A stretch of 63,995 nt of DNA, filler included. It is 5 parts of 5 records of this genome, joined end to end, with 100 filler letters (N's around TTAATTAATTAA, not from the genome) between each part and the next. Parts side by side here need not be neighbours in the genome. Positions count along the whole stretch, not along the records: positions 58,986 to 63,995 come from SRR31156797_13402; 4 more parts are not named here. One strand, 5' to 3'. Positions 59,684 to 63,995 of the stretch are shown in pieces. The stretch's first letter is position 1. The number at the start of each line of letters is the position of its first letter. Position numbers and translations under genes: made by a program. The notes below the pieces were generated by a model. The model made no database searches and was not told the DNA's origin. It saw nothing but the letters and a program-made list of their open reading frames with translations.

Positions 59684-62134
59684 ATGCGAGCAATTTACAG
59701 TCTATTTATAGTTTTTTCGATTTTATCTACAAACTCATTCAGTCAAACTGGCGACAATTATTTGGTTGGTAATAAAGTTTACAATGCCAACTCAACCATT
59801 GATGCTAAGTACTTTCAAGCCGAATTTCTAGAAAAACTAATCCTGAAAAGAATTAATGAAGTACGCACTGAAAGAGGGTTTGAACCTTATGAAAGAAATA
59901 GTATTCTGCATAATGCGAGCAAACTTCAGTCTGAGTATATGGCCTCAATTGAAGAAAGAACAGATGAAAACCATAACAAAAAGCTATCTACTACATCATT
60001 AAGACTTCAACACTTTGGAGGTTCAGGTCTTGGTATTGAATTTGTTGAAAAAGAATCCATTAAAAAAAGAGGCATATATTTTACTTATGCTCAATTAGCT
60101 GATAACATAGCATTTAAATGGTTTAATTCTAAAAGGGACTCAAAATACTTATATTCTGACGATTACACTTTTACCGATATTGGAATAACGTTAGATGATA
60201 ATAAAAGAAAAATATACATATCACTCATTTTAGGAACATTCCTCTCTGAAAATAGCGGTAAAGAATTAGCCTATAAGTTATATCCTGAAATAACAGAACC
60301 TTCTTTTTTCCGATGGAAAAGATTATCAAAATACGATGATCGAATTTGCAGAAAAATTGACAGGCTGGAGAATATAAGTTTATTACAAGATGCATTGGTT
60401 GTCAATGACAATAATGAGATTTACATTGATTTTGATAATGCTAGAAAATTCAAGAAATTCTTAAGAGAAAGAAAAGATGGAATTGCTATTGATATAATTT
60501 CAAGAGATCAATATTTATGTGGAGGCCCAATAAAAGCAGATTACTCACTTGTAAACAGAGGAACTAGACTGGATCCAATATATACTAACGAATTCTGGAG
60601 AAAAAATGAAGTTGCAGGTAAATATGTTAGGTCAGTAAAAGTACCACTTGGGAAACTTCCTGAAGCTTATGCAAATATAGATTATGAACTAAACTTACTA
60701 CTCATTCAAGATAATCATGTTTGCAAGAGCATTCCAGCCTCATACTTATCTTCATGTGAGGGGCAATACAAACAGCCTTTAGAAGTTTTGGCAGACACTG
60801 TTACAATAAACTCCCACTTTAGTTACAAACCAAAAGCAGACAGTACAGATCTTAAATTCCGCATACCATTTGAAAAGAAAAAATTCACCTACAAAGCAGA
60901 AGATATTGAACCCTTCTTAAAACTACTAAATGAGCCAGATTTCATTATCTATGAGCTAAATATCTCAGCTTATTCTTCGATTGAAGGAATTCAGGATGAA
61001 AACCAAATGCTTCAGAAAAAAAGAGCCGAGAGTATCGTTAATGCACTAAGAAAGAGACAAAAGGACAGCATTATTAGTCAAATAAATACTGAACCTGCCT
61101 GGGAACAATTTAAAAGAGATATCAGATCAACACAGCATAATGTTTTAGCTTCAATGAAATTAAGCGAAGCACAAGACTACATTAGAAAATATAATCTTTC
61201 CAGACAACTTGAACCAATTTTAAAAAATCACAGGTACGCTCAAATTGATATGAAAGTTACCTATGACATTTCTGGAAAAAAAGAACAAAATTTCGTTATA
61301 AGCAAGTTTAACAAAGCCATTGAAGACAATAAATTACCATTGGCCTTATCCATTCAAAAGTATATAATGGATAAAGTAATGAATGGCCGATATTCACTTG
61401 CAGCTGTGTATGAACAAAATATTCCTGAGAAGTCGCAATTTGCAGGGCTATTAATGAATAAGCTTTGGTTGGAAATGAAAGGAACTAATACTTCATTACA
61501 AGAACACAAAGAGCGAATAGCTGAATTGCATAAACTAGACAGATATAATGAATATATAGCCTTTAATCACGCTTTGTGCCAAGTTAAATATGAGCCTATC
61601 AAAGACGAAAGGCAAATTAAAGAACTTCAAAGTGATATTGATCGGTTTTATTATAAATCATTCACAAAAGAGACTGTAGACAATTTGAATATGAGGTTTC
61701 AGTTTAAAGTAATTAATGCTGCAGACTCATTGGATAAAAAGGATGACATTATAAAAGAAAGACTTGAAAAAATAAAGGAGATTGTGGATATAAAAGACGA
61801 AAGCATTGAAAACTCCTTAAGATTGGCCGAACTATTTATTCAAAACAAAGACTATAAGTTTGCATTAAAACTATTAGATGCTTTTGTTGAATTCCCAAAT
61901 GCACCTGAAGAACTTGTATTTACCTACTTATCATTATGCAGTAGATTTGAAGAACAAATGTTAAGTAGAAAATTTGCAAGAGTAATGAAAGAAGCCTATC
62001 GAATAAATCCCGATAGATATTGTACCTTATTCGATGGGAATCATTTTTCCTATCGTGTACTTGAAAATCCTTTAATTAAGAACAGTTTTTGTGAAGAATG
62101 TAATGAACCAAGAATAACTAAAACCGGAGAATAG
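59684..62134 (+). CDS. Exported protein: CAP/SCP-like N-terminus + OmpA-like domain + helical C-terminus
   Basis: Signal peptide; INEVR..RG...L..A...QS.YMA (CAP); AYSSIEG...N..L...RA.SI (OmpA-C-like). Confidence 0.6.
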   Translation: MRAIYSLFIVFSILSTNSFSQTGDNYLVGNKVYNANSTIDAKYFQAEFLEKLILKRINEVRTERGFEPYERNSILHNASKLQSEYMASIEERTDENHNKKLSTTSLRLQHFGGSGLGIEFVEKESIKKRGIYFTYAQLADNIAFKWFNSKRDSKYLYSDDYTFTDIGITLDDNKRKIYISLILGTFLSENSGKELAYKLYPEITEPSFFRWKRLSKYDDRICRKIDRLENISLLQDALVVNDNNEIYIDFDNARKFKKFLRERKDGIAIDIISRDQYLCGGPIKADYSLVNRGTRLDPIYTNEFWRKNEVAGKYVRSVKVPLGKLPEAYANIDYELNLLLIQDNHVCKSIPASYLSSCEGQYKQPLEVLADTVTINSHFSYKPKADSTDLKFRIPFEKKKFTYKAEDIEPFLKLLNEPDFIIYELNISAYSSIEGIQDENQMLQKKRAESIVNALRKRQKDSIISQINTEPAWEQFKRDIRSTQHNVLASMKLSEAQDYIRKYNLSRQLEPILKNHRYAQIDMKVTYDISGKKEQNFVISKFNKAIEDNKLPLALSIQKYIMDKVMNGRYSLAAVYEQNIPEKSQFAGLLMNKLWLEMKGTNTSLQEHKERIAELHKLDRYNEYIAFNHALCQVKYEPIKDERQIKELQSDIDRFYYKSFTKETVDNLNMRFQFKVINAADSLDKKDDIIKERLEKIKEIVDIKDESIENSLRLAELFIQNKDYKFALKLLDAFVEFPNAPEELVFTYLSLCSRFEEQMLSRKFARVMKEAYRINPDRYCTLFDGNHFSYRVLENPLIKNSFCEECNEPRITKTGE

Positions 62135-62135
62135 T

Positions 62136-62699
62136 CTATTTATTGTTAAATTGATTCATGGTCATTTGAATACCAACCGTTCCAAAAGCTTTTATAGCTT
62201 CAATACATTTTTCTTTTCTTTCGGTTAACATAGATTGTTCCTCTTCCTGCCATTTTCCAAGCACATAATTTACCTGGTGGCCCCTACTAAATTCATTTCC
62301 TATGCCAAATCTCAACCGTGCATACTTATTACTACCCAGAACTTCGTTGATATTCTTTAAACCATTATGACCTCCATCAGATCCTTTCGCTCTTAGGCGA
62401 ATAGTTCCAAAATCTAATGCTAAATCGTCTGTTAAAACTAGGAGTTCATCTGGAGAAAGCTTTTCTTTTTGAAGCCAATAATTTACCGCCTTGCCACTGA
62501 GGTTCATGTATGTGGAGGGCTTTATTAATATGAATTGTCTTCCTCTGAATTTGACAATTGCTTTATCACCATAACGGGCAGGGCTAAAAGCAATATTGGA
62601 CGCTTCGGCGAAAGCGTCCAATATTTGAAATCCTATATTGTGACGAGTATTTTTGTATTCCTCGCCAATATTACCTAATCCTACTATCAGATATTTCAC
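62136..62699 (-). CDS. pth: Peptidyl-tRNA hydrolase
   Basis: LIVGLGN, TRHNIGF, KPSTYMNLSG, GGHNGL. Confidence 0.97.
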   Translation of the reverse strand: MKYLIVGLGNIGEEYKNTRHNIGFQILDAFAEASNIAFSPARYGDKAIVKFRGRQFILIKPSTYMNLSGKAVNYWLQKEKLSPDELLVLTDDLALDFGTIRLRAKGSDGGHNGLKNINEVLGSNKYARLRFGIGNEFSRGHQVNYVLGKWQEEEQSMLTERKEKCIEAIKAFGTVGIQMTMNQFNNK

Positions 62700-62711
62700 T
62701 GAAAAATGGTT

Positions 62712-63368
62712 TTATTCTTCTTTAGGTTCTTCTGATTCTCCTCCTTCAGCATCTTCAGCACCTTCTTCGCCTTCTTCACCTTCAGCTTCTTCACCAGCTT
62801 CTGCTACTTCCATAGCAGCTGCAGCAGCTCTACCAGAAATAATTCCAAGAATTTGACTTTGATGTGGATCAACAAACGTTAATTTATCCGACTTCATATC
62901 ACCAACTTTAATACCATCGTTAACCTCAAGTTTAGATATATCAATCTCAATTTTTTCAGGCATATCGTTAATTAAACCTTTTACTTTAAGGTAACGTCTT
63001 TTTTGTCTTAGTTTACCTCCAGCCATTACACCTGGTGATGTTCCTACAAGCTGAATTGGCAACTCAACTGTAAATGGTTTGTTATCCTCAATAACTAAAA
63101 AGTCGATATGTAGAATTTCATCTGAAACTGGATGAAATTGAATATCTTGCATAATCGCTTTATATTCTTTTCCTTCTACATCAGCTTTAATTTGGAAAAC
63201 ATCATTTGTGTATACCAAATCTTTAAAATCATTTTTATGTGTGAAAAAATGCACATTCTCACCTGAACCGTACAATACACAAGGAACCATCTCCTGTTTA
63301 CGAAGTTTCTTAGTATCCTTTTTTCCGGTTACTTCTCTTTTCTGTCCTTTTAATTCAAATACTTTCAT
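62712..63368 (-). CDS. rplY: 50S ribosomal protein L25/Ctc
   Basis: VPCVLYG, QFHPV...ILHIDF, GV.AGG; acidic tail; prs-rplY-pth synteny. Confidence 0.96.
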   Translation of the reverse strand: MKVFELKGQKREVTGKKDTKKLRKQEMVPCVLYGSGENVHFFTHKNDFKDLVYTNDVFQIKADVEGKEYKAIMQDIQFHPVSDEILHIDFLVIEDNKPFTVELPIQLVGTSPGVMAGGKLRQKRRYLKVKGLINDMPEKIEIDISKLEVNDGIKVGDMKSDKLTFVDPHQSQILGIISGRAAAAAMEVAEAGEEAEGEEGEEGAEDAEGGESEEPKEE

Positions 63369-63452
63369 TTTTAAACGTTTTTGTGTTACTCAAATCTGCG
63401 ATCAAAGGGTAACAGTTTCCCATCACACTTTAAACGTCATTTTTTCCGGGCG

Positions 63453-63460
63453 CAAAGATA
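63453..63460 (-). promoter_or_regulatory. Bacteroidota -7 promoter element for rplY
   Basis: Minus strand TATCTTTG (TAnnTTTG) about 85 nt upstream of the rplY ATG. Confidence 0.65.
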
Positions 63461-63466
63461 TAAAAA

Positions 63467-63994
63467 TTATACGATAAAATTACCACTAATTGATTCTCTG
63501 TGATAAACTTTTTTAATTGTATCTGCAAATATATTTGCTACAGATAGCACTGTTATTTTATCACAAGGTTTTTCAATTGGAATTGTATTACTTACAATTA
63601 CTTCTTTAATTGCGCTATTATTTATACGGTCAATAGCTGGTCCTGATAAAACAGGGTGTGTTGCAACAACACGAACACTATTGGCGCCTCTTTCCATCAT
63701 AATTTCTGCAGCTTTGGTTATTGTTCCTGCAGTATCAATCATATCATCAACAATCACCACGTCTTTCCCGTTAACTGGTCCAATAACAGTAAGTTTACCA
63801 ACAACATTTGCCTTTTCTCTTGATTTATGACTAACTACTAATGGCGTTTCCAAAAACCTGGCATATGCATTAGCACGTTTTGTTCCACCCATATCAGGCG
63901 CTCCAATTACCAAATTCTCAAGCTTTAATGATTTAATATATGGAACAAACAATGAAGAAGCATACAAATGATCAACAGGAACATTAAAAAATCC
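63467..63994 (-). CDS. prs: Ribose-phosphate pyrophosphokinase, 3' fragment
   Basis: GFFNVPVDHL, PDMGG, VDDMIDTAGT, THPVLSG. Confidence 0.96.
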   Translation of the reverse strand, partial: GFFNVPVDHLYASSLFVPYIKSLKLENLVIGAPDMGGTKRANAYARFLETPLVVSHKSREKANVVGKLTVIGPVNGKDVVIVDDMIDTAGTITKAAEIMMERGANSVRVVATHPVLSGPAIDRINNSAIKEVIVSNTIPIEKPCDKITVLSVANIFADTIKKVYHRESISGNFIV

Positions 63995-63995
63995 C

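Noticed and set aside
62712-62830. Repetitive TCTTC/CTTCA tract
   Set aside because: Encodes the ordinary Glu/Gly/Ala-rich tail of L25/Ctc

Overview
The window is not one locus. It is five unrelated contigs joined by artificial N(44)-TTAATTAATTAA-N(44) spacers at 22619-22718, 44777-44876, 53727-53826 and 58886-58985. Contig 1 (1-22618) is Desulfobacterota-like and carries flgF-G-A-H-I-J-M-N, then an inserted cheA-cheR-cheD-HDOD-cheY-cheX-cheB block, then flgK-flgL, plus a PAS-GGDEF cyclase and a J-like/RDD/TPR protein. Contig 2 (22719-44776) is Desulfobacterota-like. It holds a catabolic island with several sigma54-type promoters: OYE-family flavoenzyme, divergent two-subunit B12 acyl-CoA mutase, family III CoA-transferase, thiolase, crotonase, stand-alone PEP-synthase ATP-grasp domain, aryl-AMP/CoA ligase and an HD phosphohydrolase. 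These are followed by a GC-rich PPDK-like gene that lacks the ATP-grasp domain and carries an extra C-terminal domain, then PEPCK, thrC, higBA, DUF89, a pseudo-histidine kinase and the dnaE 5' end. Contig 3 (44877-53726) is housekeeping (proB, proA, nadD, rsfS, M48 protease, class II FBA, YhaM-like, MFS, uup). Contig 4 (53827-58885) looks Methanosarcinaceae-like (REC-PAS-HK, vWA protein). Contig 5 (58986-63995) is Bacteroidota (guaA end, hslR, CAP/OmpA protein, pth, rplY, prs). The best candidate for an undescribed system is the contig 2 island: a possible phosphorylation plus B12-mutase/CoA catabolic route, with a split or re-purposed dikinase. Other leads are a FlgL with a tandem inserted domain, a structured flgM leader, and a putative 5S loop-E-mimicking leader upstream of rplY. 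All family assignments come from motif recognition; no database searches were run.
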